Shown here: positions 28,171 through 37,713 of the stretch, piece by piece
Position numbering within the stretch: position 1 is the first letter of the stretch
Layout of the letters: every line of letters starts with the position of its first letter
Assembly: GCA_964196535.1 (NCBI GenBank)
Contig: CAXMUG010000083.1
Span: 1 to 55,876, forward strand
Origin: an uncultured Mycobacterium sp.
GTDB taxonomy: Bacteria; Pseudomonadota; Gammaproteobacteria; UBA4575
Direction: 5' to 3'
Length of the DNA: 55,876 nucleotides
Notes under the pieces: generated by a model
What the model saw: the letters and a program-made list of their open reading frames with translations, nothing else
Database searches by the model: none
What the model was told of the DNA's origin: nothing
Position numbers and translations under genes: made by a program

Positions 28171-29025
28171 ATGAATATAAAATCAAAAGAGCAAGTTGGG
28201 ACCGTACAATCCATCTGGCAATATGCCGTAAAATCCATGAATGGCGTGAAATTGGAAAAAGCTGAATTCACTGATGGCGGTATACTAGGGGATCGTAGCT
28301 ATGCATTAATAGACCAATCAAATCAAAAAGTCGCAAGTGCTAAATTTCCTAAAAAATGGGCTAAGTTACTTGAGTTAAATGCGGCTTTTGTTAAACAACC
28401 CAGCCAAAGTGACCAGCTCCCTGCTGTCCGGATTACCTCAGCATGTGGGCTTGATTTTTTAAGTACCGATAAAAATGCAGATGAGTTGCTTTCTGACTAT
28501 GTAGGTCGAGTAGTAAAGTTGACCTCGTCACGACCTAATTCTGTAAGTTTAGAACGCCTAGACCCACTTGAAACAGACGAAACCCTTTTAGATATCGGCG
28601 ATTTGATGCTGAAAAATAAATTCTCAGACTATGCGGACATACACTTATTAACTACAGCAAGTCTCCAACAACTTTCGAGCTTATCATCAGATGTACAATT
28701 TGATGAACGGAGGTTCCGTCCAAATTTAGTAATTGAGACAGATCTAGGTGTTACAGGATTCGCTGAAAATGATTGGGTTGGGAAAACAGTTGTTGTCGGT
28801 GATAGCATTCGTTTTAATATTACAGATCCCACCCCTCGATGTTCAATACCAACATTAAGTAACGGCACATTTCCTAAAGACCCTAAAGTGTTAAAAACAA
28901 TTGTTGACCACAATATGCTAGAAGTTCCATTGCTCGAAAACAAAACGCTACCATGCACTGGTATTTATGGCTTTTTAATACAAAGTGGAGTTGTTTCTAT
29001 TAATGATCCTGTTTGGATTGAATAA
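28171..29025 (+). CDS. MOSC domain-containing protein (N-terminal beta-barrel plus MOSC)
   Basis: The 284-aa ORF has the conserved MOSC region with the invariant Cys (RFRPNLVIE...DPTPRCSIPT). Confidence 0.85.
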   Translation: MNIKSKEQVGTVQSIWQYAVKSMNGVKLEKAEFTDGGILGDRSYALIDQSNQKVASAKFPKKWAKLLELNAAFVKQPSQSDQLPAVRITSACGLDFLSTDKNADELLSDYVGRVVKLTSSRPNSVSLERLDPLETDETLLDIGDLMLKNKFSDYADIHLLTTASLQQLSSLSSDVQFDERRFRPNLVIETDLGVTGFAENDWVGKTVVVGDSIRFNITDPTPRCSIPTLSNGTFPKDPKVLKTIVDHNMLEVPLLENKTLPCTGIYGFLIQSGVVSINDPVWIE

Positions 29026-29084
29026 TTATCAAATGGCCGTTATTGGTCGAGAGCGGATATTAAGTTTAAGAGTCTAATTAGTTG

Positions 29085-29345
29085 CATCATCCCTGATGTG
29101 CCTCATATTCGCATATCCCTATGCACTCTAATTGGTTGATAGTAGACATTAGGGAAATAAAAGATTTAATCTGATGCAACATTCTTGTTGTAACTCAGAC
29201 TCGCACGGTCGCTCCCGACTCACTAGAAATTGCATCCACCATCCATGACGGTCGTCCTGTCTCCTGCGACACTTGTGCGCCCTTGTCAACAGCTCCTGCG
29301 TTGCTCTACCACCTACATCCATGTAGTCGCGCCCATCGTTCATGT
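29085..29345 (-). ncRNA. Candidate Csr/Rsm-family GGA-repeat RNA (locus B), immediately 3' of argE
   Basis: By my count the minus strand carries 9 GGA in about 260 nt. Four sit in hairpin loops: CUACAUGGAUGUAG (29326..29313), CCGUCAUGGAUGGUGG (29251..29236), GCAUAGGGAUAUGC (29124..29111) and CAUCAGGGAUGAUG (29098..29085). Confidence 0.45.
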
Positions 29346-29347
29346 TT

Positions 29348-30523
29348 TCACTTTACGCAAACCTCGTGAATAACGTTTTGCAGTAAATCTATTGTTGGCT
29401 TGATCGAATCCAATGATAAGAATTCATTTTGTTGATGGGCTTGGTCTATTGAGCCAGGCCCAAGTACAACGGTTTCCATGCCCATTGCATTAAAGTAAGG
29501 GCCTTCGGTTCCGAAAGCAACGGTTGTGGGTTTCTTATTGCTCAATTGTTTGGTGAGTTGAATAATCTTTGAGTTTTCGTCTGTCTCAAAAGCAGGCACA
29601 CCATCAAATAAAGCTTCAAATTCAACTCTTAAACCTAGTGGTTCAGTTATTTTTGTAACTCGCTCATAAAGTTCTTCTCTAAGAGTATCAATTTGCATAC
29701 CAGGCAAAGGGCGCAGATCGATATGTAATTCGCAATCCCCGCAAATTCTATTGGGGTTGTCGCCACCATGAATGTGTCCAAGGTTTAATGTGGGAATCGG
29801 TACAACAAAATCATGATTGATGTATTTATTGGCTAGTTCTTGTTTGAATTGTTCAAGTTCGTTGAGTACAACGCGCATGCCTTCCAATGCATTGTTGCCT
29901 AAGCTGGGGTCACTAGAGTGCCCGGCTTGACCATGAATTTTGATGGCTTCCATCATTACACCTTTGTGTTGGTGTATGGGGGTTAAGTCGGTTGGTTCTC
30001 CAATGATGCAATACTTGCCAAGCTTTTGACCTTTAGTCTCCAATGTTTGGGCTAAAGTTTTTGCGCCTTGCATAGTAGATTCTTCATCCGCTGTGGCAAT
30101 GATGGTCAGGCGTTGCTTTAAATCTTCATTGGTAAATTCTTTTGCTGCTTCGATAGCGATGGCCAAGAAAGACTTCATGTCAGCCGTGCCAAGTCCAAAT
30201 ATTTTTTCGTCTATTTGCGTGGCCTTGTATGGATCGGTATTCCAGCCTGTTTGGTCAAAGTTTACGGTGTCGGTATGGCCGGATAACACTAAGCCATCAT
30301 CGCCTTTACCTATGCTGGCAATTAAATTTACTTTAGGATTGTTAGAATTTGGCGAGTCAGAATTAGCAACAATTTCAGTTTGGAAGCCTAGGTCATTTAG
30401 CCAATTGGCTAGACAGTTAATGACAGGCTGATTACTAGTATCAATTTCAGCTTGGGTGCTGCTGACTGAGGGAAGGGCAATTAACTGCTCGATCATCTCC
30501 AGCAGTTTGGGTGTAGCCTTCAT
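29348..30523 (-). CDS. argE: Acetylornithine deacetylase (M20 peptidase family)
   Basis: The 391-aa ORF has M20 metal-binding motifs (LSGHTDTV, ATADEES, GEPT). It begins 12 nt downstream of mtdA. Confidence 0.88.
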   Translation of the reverse strand: MKATPKLLEMIEQLIALPSVSSTQAEIDTSNQPVINCLANWLNDLGFQTEIVANSDSPNSNNPKVNLIASIGKGDDGLVLSGHTDTVNFDQTGWNTDPYKATQIDEKIFGLGTADMKSFLAIAIEAAKEFTNEDLKQRLTIIATADEESTMQGAKTLAQTLETKGQKLGKYCIIGEPTDLTPIHQHKGVMMEAIKIHGQAGHSSDPSLGNNALEGMRVVLNELEQFKQELANKYINHDFVVPIPTLNLGHIHGGDNPNRICGDCELHIDLRPLPGMQIDTLREELYERVTKITEPLGLRVEFEALFDGVPAFETDENSKIIQLTKQLSNKKPTTVAFGTEGPYFNAMGMETVVLGPGSIDQAHQQNEFLSLDSIKPTIDLLQNVIHEVCVK

Positions 30524-30535
30524 AAGTGTTGTTGT

Positions 30536-31393
30536 TTAAGCCATGCCTTGGGCAATTTTGTATATCGCTTCTGCATCCAATGCAATATCGTTGGATTCAA
30601 ATAGTTTGGCAATGCATGCACGGTGCAGTTTTAGTTTTAGTGCGCCAATGCCGATGCCACCAAACACTCGCTTACCATAGCGTTCAGTGTCTTTATCCAT
30701 CACATCGATGCCTTCAAAACCTAGGATCTTAGATGTACCTACATCAGCAATGAGTTCTAAGGTGGGATGGTCTTGCCACTGTTTAGCATTGAGTAATTGT
30801 ATTCCCGCTTTTGCAGCACCAAACACTACATGGGCGCCATCCATTGCAGCTTGTATTGATTCATCATCACTGGCTTGCATAGGTGTCATTTCAACGCCAA
30901 AGCGCTCGTGCATTTCATCACAGGCTTCTACTGAGCGGGACTGCTTGCGGGAAGTAAGTCGAACATTCGCGCCACTAATGGCCAGTAGCACCGCTGCACG
31001 TTGTCCTACTGGGCCGGTGCCAGCAAGCACTACTGCAGTTTTACCTTGTATATTGGTCGCTTTGCTTAAGAGCGCAACGCCTGCCGCTGATGTGGTATTA
31101 CAACCATTGCTATCTAACATTATCGATACACGGAAGTTTTGAAAAAACTGATCGTGTACTAATTGAAAAAGTTTTTGACCTTCAATTAAATCACTGCCTC
31201 CAACAAAGATTGCAGTATTCTTTTTATATTTTGGAGCGCGCGTATAGACTGCACCTTCAACAAGGCCGCCACAATTTTCTTCATTGACGCCACCTAATTG
31301 AGTAACATGATCGGCGCCACCATCGTAGGCGACTACTGAATCAAATACGCTAGGTATAGCGTCGGTATCAAAATGGTATAAAAGTTTTTTCAT
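30536..31393 (-). CDS. mtdA: NADP-dependent methylene-tetrahydrofolate / methylene-tetrahydromethanopterin dehydrogenase
   Basis: The 285-aa ORF is near-colinear with MtdA of Methylobacterium as I recall it (FDTDAIPSVFDSVVAYDGGADH..., MLDSNGCNTTSAAGVAL, LKLKLHRACIAKLFES). Confidence 0.88.
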   Translation of the reverse strand: MKKLLYHFDTDAIPSVFDSVVAYDGGADHVTQLGGVNEENCGGLVEGAVYTRAPKYKKNTAIFVGGSDLIEGQKLFQLVHDQFFQNFRVSIMLDSNGCNTTSAAGVALLSKATNIQGKTAVVLAGTGPVGQRAAVLLAISGANVRLTSRKQSRSVEACDEMHERFGVEMTPMQASDDESIQAAMDGAHVVFGAAKAGIQLLNAKQWQDHPTLELIADVGTSKILGFEGIDVMDKDTERYGKRVFGGIGIGALKLKLHRACIAKLFESNDIALDAEAIYKIAQGMA

Positions 31394-31450
31394 GTCTATT
31401 ATTTTAGGTCTTATTATTTTTAGTTTTTAAAAAGTAATTAGCCAAAGCTA

Positions 31451-34225
31451 TTACCCAGTACTGCCTATCCCCGCTGCTACGCAGTTAATGGATAATAATA
31501 ATGGAACTAATACGTCTTCTATGTTTTGGGTCTCATCGCCTTCACTACGAAACTTCTTCACTAGTTCTACCTGTTCAATGCCCACTTGGTTGAGTGCTTC
31601 GATGCGTCGATAGAAGTGGCGTTTATAATTAGGAAAACGATCACAAAGCTGATCTTCACCGGTAATTTTTAATATATTTTTCGTTGTCAGTTCATATTCT
31701 TCTTTAATATCAGAGAATATCTGAGTTCGATGTTCTTCGTTAGTAACTAGTTCGCAATACTTCTCAGCAACTTCCATGTCTACTAGCAAAAGTGTTTTTT
31801 CAGCACCGTCTAATATTAATCTAAACAGTGGGTGCTTCTCGTACATCTTGTTAAGAAGTTCTGTACCGAGTTCGCCACGTATTTTGATGATTTGTTCTAG
31901 GCTACTGCCTACTCCATACCAGCCTGGTACGAGAAGTCGATTCTGTGTCCATGCAAATACCCAAGGTATTGCGCGCAGATCATCTAGTGAAGCTGCACCA
32001 AAACGCCGTGCCGGTCTTGAGCCTATTTTCATAAGCGTAAGCTCTTCAACTGGACTGGCTTGCTGATAAAAGTCGACTAAACCTGGATGCTCGATTAATT
32101 TTCTGTAAGCGACATAGGCAGTTCCAGACAGTGCTTCAAGCGCTTCGTCTAATTCGGAATTGGTTTGGTAGGCTGGATCTTTGCCAGACATCAGTGAGTG
32201 AGTGATGACACTAGAGGCTAAAATTTCCATCTGTTCTTCAGCAAATCCACGGTTGGCGTATTTGTATGAAACCACTTCGCCTTGCTCAGTAACCCGCATA
32301 CGTCCATCAATGGTGCCAACCGGCTGTGCTGCTATAGCACGACCACTCGGTGCACCACCACGACTAACCGAGCCGCCACGACCATGGAAAAATGAAATCG
32401 GCACTTTATGTTTTTCGCCGGCTGCATGAATTTCTGATTGAGCCTTGCTGATGATCCAGTTAGAGGTGAGAAAGCCACCATCTTTGTTAGAATCTGAATA
32501 ACCCACCATGACTTCTTGGGAGCCACCGAATTTTTTAATTGTGCGTCGAACAAAGGCATGCTCTAAAAGCTCTGTTAAAACGCCTGGGCCGTTTTCAAGA
32601 TCATCAATGGTTTCTAGTAGTGGCACAATCATAATGCGACAAGCTTCTAGTCCATCAGAATCAGTAAATAGTCCTACATATTTCGCTAATAGATATACAC
32701 CCAAAACATCTGTGGCAGTTTTCGTCATACTCAATACGCATACGCCAAATGATTTTCGGTCTAGCTTGTTTTGGAAGTATTTAACTTGTTCGAGCATGGC
32801 TAAAGTAGACTGTGCTTGTTTAGATAAATTATCGAAACGAGGGACCACACGTAATGGTTGCGTTAATTGATCAACAATCCAGTTGTTCCATTCTTGAGAT
32901 GTAGGATCAGGCACATCTATATGAGTTTTTTGGTGCAATGCTTGCCATATCTCTGCTAGCACACTATTGACTACCGTAGTATTTTCGCGAATGTCTAGGC
33001 TGACCGTTCTAAAGCCAAAGGTATCCACCATGTGTCGCAATGGACGTACATCTGCATCGCTTAAGTGCCCACACTTAGCATCCGCCAAGCCTTGTTCAAG
33101 ATGACTGAGATCCGTAGATAAATCTGCTGCACGATGATAGGCAATTTTTGATTTACTTGGGTCATTAAGATTCCTTAAAGTCGCATCAATTCTGGTCAAC
33201 ATATAACGCAGGTATTGTCTAAACACTTCACCTGGATTACGTTGTGAATAGGCTTCTGTTTCGCCCAACATTTCTAGTTTGTCTTTTAATACTTTTGTAA
33301 AGCTTTCTGATACGTCTACAGAATGGTTCGCAATACTTAGTTTAGAACCAAGCTCAAAAATATCTTGTCGATAACGTTTTATGCATGCTTTGGCATTCGT
33401 TTGTATCGCGGATGCAGTAACTTTATGCGTGACATTTGGATTTCCGTCACGGTCTCCGCCAATCCATGACCCAAAGCGGAAAATAGGGGGCACTTTAAAT
33501 TCATAATGTGGGTAGGCTTGTTCTAATGCGCGATCCAGTTCTACATACAGTTCTTTTACACCATCAAATAATGATTCAACAAAAAAGTGCAATCCCCATG
33601 TTACTTCTTGTCCAACACTAGGTTTTTCTAAACGAATTTCACCCGTTAACCAAAGTAAATCAATTTCGTTGCGTAGTTCATTAGCTAAGTCATCTCTTTC
33701 TCTAGGGGTCCAGCGCTTTAGTTCTAACTGTTTAAGTAGTACATAGATTCGACGATGCACCTCTAATACGGTTACGCGTTTCGCTTCTGTTGGGTGTGCG
33801 GTGATTACAGGGCTGATTAAGCTGTTATCTAATAAGGTTTGTATATCTTCTGCAGAAATACCTTTTTGCTCAGCGCTTGAGAAGGAATATGCAAAAGTGC
33901 CAGGCACACGGTCACGATTATATTCTTTTTCAATTTGACGACGTTGCCGCACCATTGCATTTTGTTCTGCAATGCTTAATAGCTGGAACCATATTCCATA
34001 GGTTTGCAGGACATATAGAATTTTTGAGGCAGGGCAGTCGCGAATATCTTGCTTGCCGTTAAAATAAGCTTCGATATCTGGTTGACGCGCACGAATAACA
34101 CTTAGCAATTGTTGATAAAGCAGCTCTACTAATTCATCTTCATAGGATGCCGCAGGATTGATAATCATACTGCCGGTGGCAACTTTGGTAAGTTGTGTCC
34201 AGGAAAGTGGCGAGGTATCGGTCAT
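31451..34225 (-). CDS. ppc: Phosphoenolpyruvate carboxylase
   Basis: The 924-aa ORF has PEPC signatures (VITAHPTEAKR, VMVGYSDSNKDGG, FHGRGGSVSRGG) and a C-terminal ...GSTG. Confidence 0.95.
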   Translation of the reverse strand: MTDTSPLSWTQLTKVATGSMIINPAASYEDELVELLYQQLLSVIRARQPDIEAYFNGKQDIRDCPASKILYVLQTYGIWFQLLSIAEQNAMVRQRRQIEKEYNRDRVPGTFAYSFSSAEQKGISAEDIQTLLDNSLISPVITAHPTEAKRVTVLEVHRRIYVLLKQLELKRWTPRERDDLANELRNEIDLLWLTGEIRLEKPSVGQEVTWGLHFFVESLFDGVKELYVELDRALEQAYPHYEFKVPPIFRFGSWIGGDRDGNPNVTHKVTASAIQTNAKACIKRYRQDIFELGSKLSIANHSVDVSESFTKVLKDKLEMLGETEAYSQRNPGEVFRQYLRYMLTRIDATLRNLNDPSKSKIAYHRAADLSTDLSHLEQGLADAKCGHLSDADVRPLRHMVDTFGFRTVSLDIRENTTVVNSVLAEIWQALHQKTHIDVPDPTSQEWNNWIVDQLTQPLRVVPRFDNLSKQAQSTLAMLEQVKYFQNKLDRKSFGVCVLSMTKTATDVLGVYLLAKYVGLFTDSDGLEACRIMIVPLLETIDDLENGPGVLTELLEHAFVRRTIKKFGGSQEVMVGYSDSNKDGGFLTSNWIISKAQSEIHAAGEKHKVPISFFHGRGGSVSRGGAPSGRAIAAQPVGTIDGRMRVTEQGEVVSYKYANRGFAEEQMEILASSVITHSLMSGKDPAYQTNSELDEALEALSGTAYVAYRKLIEHPGLVDFYQQASPVEELTLMKIGSRPARRFGAASLDDLRAIPWVFAWTQNRLLVPGWYGVGSSLEQIIKIRGELGTELLNKMYEKHPLFRLILDGAEKTLLLVDMEVAEKYCELVTNEEHRTQIFSDIKEEYELTTKNILKITGEDQLCDRFPNYKRHFYRRIEALNQVGIEQVELVKKFRSEGDETQNIEDVLVPLLLSINCVAAGIGSTG

Positions 34226-34261
34226 ACTAGTTTTAGTTTATTAATATTAAGCTGCGCATAG

Positions 34262-34288
34262 TAAAAGAGGTCCGCTAAGGACCTCTTT
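34262..34288 (-). terminator. Stem-loop with a short U-tract between hprA and ppc (probable partial terminator or attenuator)
   Basis: The minus-strand RNA reads AAGAGGUCC-UUAGC-GGACCUCUU-UUAC. The 9-bp stem sits only about 36 nt upstream of the ppc ATG. Confidence 0.55.
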
Positions 34289-34378
34289 ATAATAGGGTTG
34301 ATTAAGCCAATTTGATATGCCCGAATAGGCATAGATATGCTATTTCAGGACCCATTTCTGGGCTTAATTAAGATCGCT

Positions 34379-35350
34379 CTAAACGAGCTTGTCTTTCGGA
34401 GTTTCGCCAGCTTCAAATGCTGCTAGATTCTCAAGAACTCGATTACCCATAGCCACACGTGTCTCGATAGAGGCGCTGCCAAGGTGAGGTAGTAGAACTG
34501 CATTCTCCAGCTCAAGGAAACGCTCATCTAATGCTGGTTCGCCTTCAAACACATCCAGACCAGCACCTGCAATCACGCCATTTTTAAGTGCGTCAATTAA
34601 TGCATCATTATCAACCACATCACCACGAGCTGAGTTTATTAAAAACGCAGAGGGCTTCATTTTCGCGAGACTTTCTTTATTTAATAAATGGTAAGTATCT
34701 TTGCCGCCTGGACAGTGAATAGAAACAAAGTCTGAGTTCGCTAAAACTTCATCAATGGAATCTACTTGCTGTGCATTGTATTTCTTGATCACGTCAGCCG
34801 GAGGCGGGTATGGATCAGAAAAGATGATTTTCATACCAAAACCATGATGCGCACGTTGTGCCATGGCTTGCGCAATACGGCCCATGCCGATTAAGCCTAA
34901 GGTCTTGCCAGTAACTTTAGAAGCTAGTAAGTGAGTAGGGCGCCAGCCGGCCCATGACTTTGAGCGTAGTTCTCTTTCACCTTCACTGGTGCGACGTGCA
35001 ACGGTTAACATTAATGTCATTGCGATGTCAGCTGTGCAATCAGTTAATACTTCTGGTGTGTTCGTTACCGTTAAGCCGCGTGCTTTAGCAGCATCTAAGT
35101 CAATGTGGTTAAAACCTACGCCAAAGTTACCAATGAATTTTGCACGTAATGGTTCTGCGCTTAATACTTCAGCATCGATTGGATCAGTTACAGTTGGCAA
35201 AAATGCATCACAGTTAGCCAATGCTTCTTTCATTTCGTCTTTGCTCATAGCCACGTCATTTTCATTCAACGTTACGTCATACTTTTCTCGCAACGTAGCT
35301 TGAACTTCTTCTGGCCAGGCGCGTGAAACGATTACTTTTAATTTGCTCAT
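34379..35350 (-). CDS. hprA: Hydroxypyruvate reductase / glycerate dehydrogenase (D-2-hydroxyacid dehydrogenase family)
   Basis: The 323-aa ORF has an NAD-binding motif (GLIGMGRIAQAM) and a catalytic R/E/H context (NSARGDVVD...PHLGSAS). It lies within the serine-cycle gene block. Confidence 0.82.
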   Translation of the reverse strand: MSKLKVIVSRAWPEEVQATLREKYDVTLNENDVAMSKDEMKEALANCDAFLPTVTDPIDAEVLSAEPLRAKFIGNFGVGFNHIDLDAAKARGLTVTNTPEVLTDCTADIAMTLMLTVARRTSEGERELRSKSWAGWRPTHLLASKVTGKTLGLIGMGRIAQAMAQRAHHGFGMKIIFSDPYPPPADVIKKYNAQQVDSIDEVLANSDFVSIHCPGGKDTYHLLNKESLAKMKPSAFLINSARGDVVDNDALIDALKNGVIAGAGLDVFEGEPALDERFLELENAVLLPHLGSASIETRVAMGNRVLENLAAFEAGETPKDKLV

Positions 35351-35375
35351 TATTATTTTCTCCTACAAGCTTCAA

Positions 35376-36266
35376 CTACGAGATGTCTTTCATTACTCTT
35401 TCCATCGTTGAGCCAAGCTCTGATGGATTCGGTGCAACAATGACACCTGCTTCTTCAAGCATTTGTACTTTTTCTGCAGCACTTTCACCAACACCAGAAA
35501 CAATCGCGCCTGCGTGACCCATGCGTCGACCTTTCGGTGCAGTTAGACCTGCAATGTAAGCAACTAATGGTTTAGTCATGTGCTTTTTAAAGAATTCAGC
35601 CGCTTCCGCTTCTTGCGGACCACCGATTTCACCAATCATCATCACTGCTTTGGTTTCAGGATCGGCTTCAAATAACTCTAAGATATCCTTATGAGAACTA
35701 CCGTTGATTGGGTCGCCACCAATGCCAATACTGGTGCTAATACCTATGCCTAATGCTTTCATTTGCGATGCAGCTTCATAGCCGAGTGTTCCTGAACGCG
35801 CTACTACACCAACGTTACCTTTCTGATAAATATGGCCAGGCATGATGCCTAGTAAGCATTTTTCAGGGCTGATGCTACCTGCACAGTTAGGGCCCGTTAG
35901 GCGCATACGGTCTTCTTTTTTGTAGCGATACATATAACGTTTAACACGCATCATGTCTTGCGCAGGAATTCCATCAGTGATGGAAACACAAGTTTTAATC
36001 CCTCCATCGGCAGCTTCCATAATTCCATCTGCAGCATAGGCACCTGGAACAAATACAATACTCGTTTCGGCACCGGTGCTTGCAACGGCATCTTTCACAG
36101 TATTAAACACAGGTAAACCCATGTGTGTTTGACCACCTTTACCTGGGGTAACACCACCAACCACTTTGGTACCGTACTCAATCATTTCTTCCGCGTGGAA
36201 AGTTCCGATTTTGCCGGTAAAGCCTTGAACAAGAACTTTAGTATTTTCATCAATCATTATTGTCAT
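35376..36266 (-). CDS. mtkB: Malate thiokinase (malate-CoA ligase) alpha/small subunit
   Basis: The ORF is SucD-like (VVARSGTLGYEA, phospho-His motif MGHAGAIVSG). I assign it to malate thiokinase because of its context next to mclA, sgaA and hprA. Confidence 0.82.
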   Translation of the reverse strand: MTIMIDENTKVLVQGFTGKIGTFHAEEMIEYGTKVVGGVTPGKGGQTHMGLPVFNTVKDAVASTGAETSIVFVPGAYAADGIMEAADGGIKTCVSITDGIPAQDMMRVKRYMYRYKKEDRMRLTGPNCAGSISPEKCLLGIMPGHIYQKGNVGVVARSGTLGYEAASQMKALGIGISTSIGIGGDPINGSSHKDILELFEADPETKAVMMIGEIGGPQEAEAAEFFKKHMTKPLVAYIAGLTAPKGRRMGHAGAIVSGVGESAAEKVQMLEEAGVIVAPNPSELGSTMERVMKDIS

Positions 36267-36277
36267 TTTATTTCTCC

Positions 36278-37453
36278 CTAACCTTTTGCAACACGGTTGC
36301 GTTCGGTCACTGCTTTTTCTGCAGCTTCGTCCAAGGTGTCTGCTGTAATGAGTGGTTGACCGCTGTCTTTTAGTATTTGCATACCTTTTTCAACATTGGT
36401 GCCGGATAGTCGTACGATAACCGGTACTTTTACGTCTAACTTTTCGAATGCATGAACAACACCTTCTGCAATCCAATCGCAACGGTTAATACCAGCAAAG
36501 ATATTAACTAATATGGCTTTTACCTTTTCATCATCAAGTACTAGCTTAAATGCACTCGTAACACGCTCTGGAGAAGCGCCACCACCGATATCTAAGAAGT
36601 TGGCAGGTTCGCCGCCCTTGTGTTTGATCATGTCCATGGTGGCCATAGCAAGGCCGGCACCATTAATCATGCAACCGATATCGCCATCTAAGCCTACATA
36701 GCTTAAGCCACGATCTGATGCTGAGGTTTCGCGTGGATCTTCTTGTGATTTATCACGAAGTTCTGCGATACGTGGACGACGGAATAGAGCGTTGTCATCA
36801 AAACCCATTTTGGCGTCAAGTGCCAGAACACGGTCATCTTTTGTGATAACCATTGGGTTGATTTCAACCATTGTGGCATCGTAATCACGAAATGCGCGGT
36901 AAGCGCCTTTGATTGTGTGAACAGCGTGGCTAATAAGCTCAGGTTTAATGCCTAATGCGAAAGCAAGCTCGCGAGCTTGGAAGTCACGTAAGCCTACTGC
37001 AGGTTCGACTTCTAATTTATGAATGGCTTCAGGTTTCGTTGCTGCAACTTCTTCGATATCCATGCCACCTTCGGTTGAGGTAACAAATACAACACGCTGC
37101 TTATCGCGATCTAGAACGAGTGCTAAGTAAAGCTCTTTTAAAATATCGGTAGCTTGTTCAACATAAAGTCGATATACCACTTTGCCTGCTGGCCCAGTTT
37201 GGTGAGTAACCAAGCGTTTGCCTAATAATTCGTCCGCAGCATTCCAAATTTCTTCATCATTGCTGCAAAGCTTAATGCCGCCCGCTTTACCGCGTGCGCC
37301 AGAATGAATTTGTGCTTTGATGGCCCATTTACTGCCACCAATTTCTTTTGCACGGTAAACAGCTTGCTCAGGACTATATGCTAGCCCACCCTCTGCAATG
37401 CCTACACCGCACTCGGATAATATTTCTTTCGCTTGATACTCATGGATATCCAC
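36278..37453 (-). CDS. mtkA: Malate thiokinase (malate-CoA ligase) beta/large subunit
   Basis: The ORF is a SucC-like ATP-grasp protein that strongly resembles MtkA as I recall it ([10 protein letters not shown]..., [37 protein letters not shown]). It uses a GTG start with GGGAGGG upstream. Confidence 0.85.
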   Translation of the reverse strand: MDIHEYQAKEILSECGVGIAEGGLAYSPEQAVYRAKEIGGSKWAIKAQIHSGARGKAGGIKLCSNDEEIWNAADELLGKRLVTHQTGPAGKVVYRLYVEQATDILKELYLALVLDRDKQRVVFVTSTEGGMDIEEVAATKPEAIHKLEVEPAVGLRDFQARELAFALGIKPELISHAVHTIKGAYRAFRDYDATMVEINPMVITKDDRVLALDAKMGFDDNALFRRPRIAELRDKSQEDPRETSASDRGLSYVGLDGDIGCMINGAGLAMATMDMIKHKGGEPANFLDIGGGASPERVTSAFKLVLDDEKVKAILVNIFAGINRCDWIAEGVVHAFEKLDVKVPVIVRLSGTNVEKGMQILKDSGQPLITADTLDEAAEKAVTERNRVAKG

Positions 37454-37598
37454 TTAAATTCCCTCCCGAGAAAATGATTCGTTTTTATCTTATTGGCTTA
37501 ATCTTGGAGGTCGCCTTATAGGTCGTTGGAGTTTCGGCAGACCAAACGACTTTTATAGCCTATTCTGAACCCTCAGGACAAACTCTCTTGTTGGGTAA

Positions 37599-37617
37599 TT
37601 GCTCAATTCATGAGCAA
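37599..37617. promoter_or_regulatory. Inverted repeat TTGCTCA-N5-TGAGCAA upstream of mtkA (candidate operator)
   Basis: The two 7-bp arms are perfect reverse complements. The repeat lies about 150 nt upstream of the mtkA start and downstream of the mclA terminator. Confidence 0.3.
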
Positions 37618-37651
37618 TAAGGTAGGGCAAAAATAGAAATTCTGAAAGGTA

Positions 37652-37680
37652 GAAACAAAAGTGCCCGCAAAGCGGGCACT
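37652..37680 (-). terminator. Rho-independent terminator after mclA
   Basis: The minus-strand RNA reads GUGCCCGC-UUU-GCGGGCAC followed by UUUUGUUUCU. Confidence 0.8.
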
Positions 37681-37713
37681 AATAACATCAGTAAAAGTTA
37701 GGTATTTCTAACT

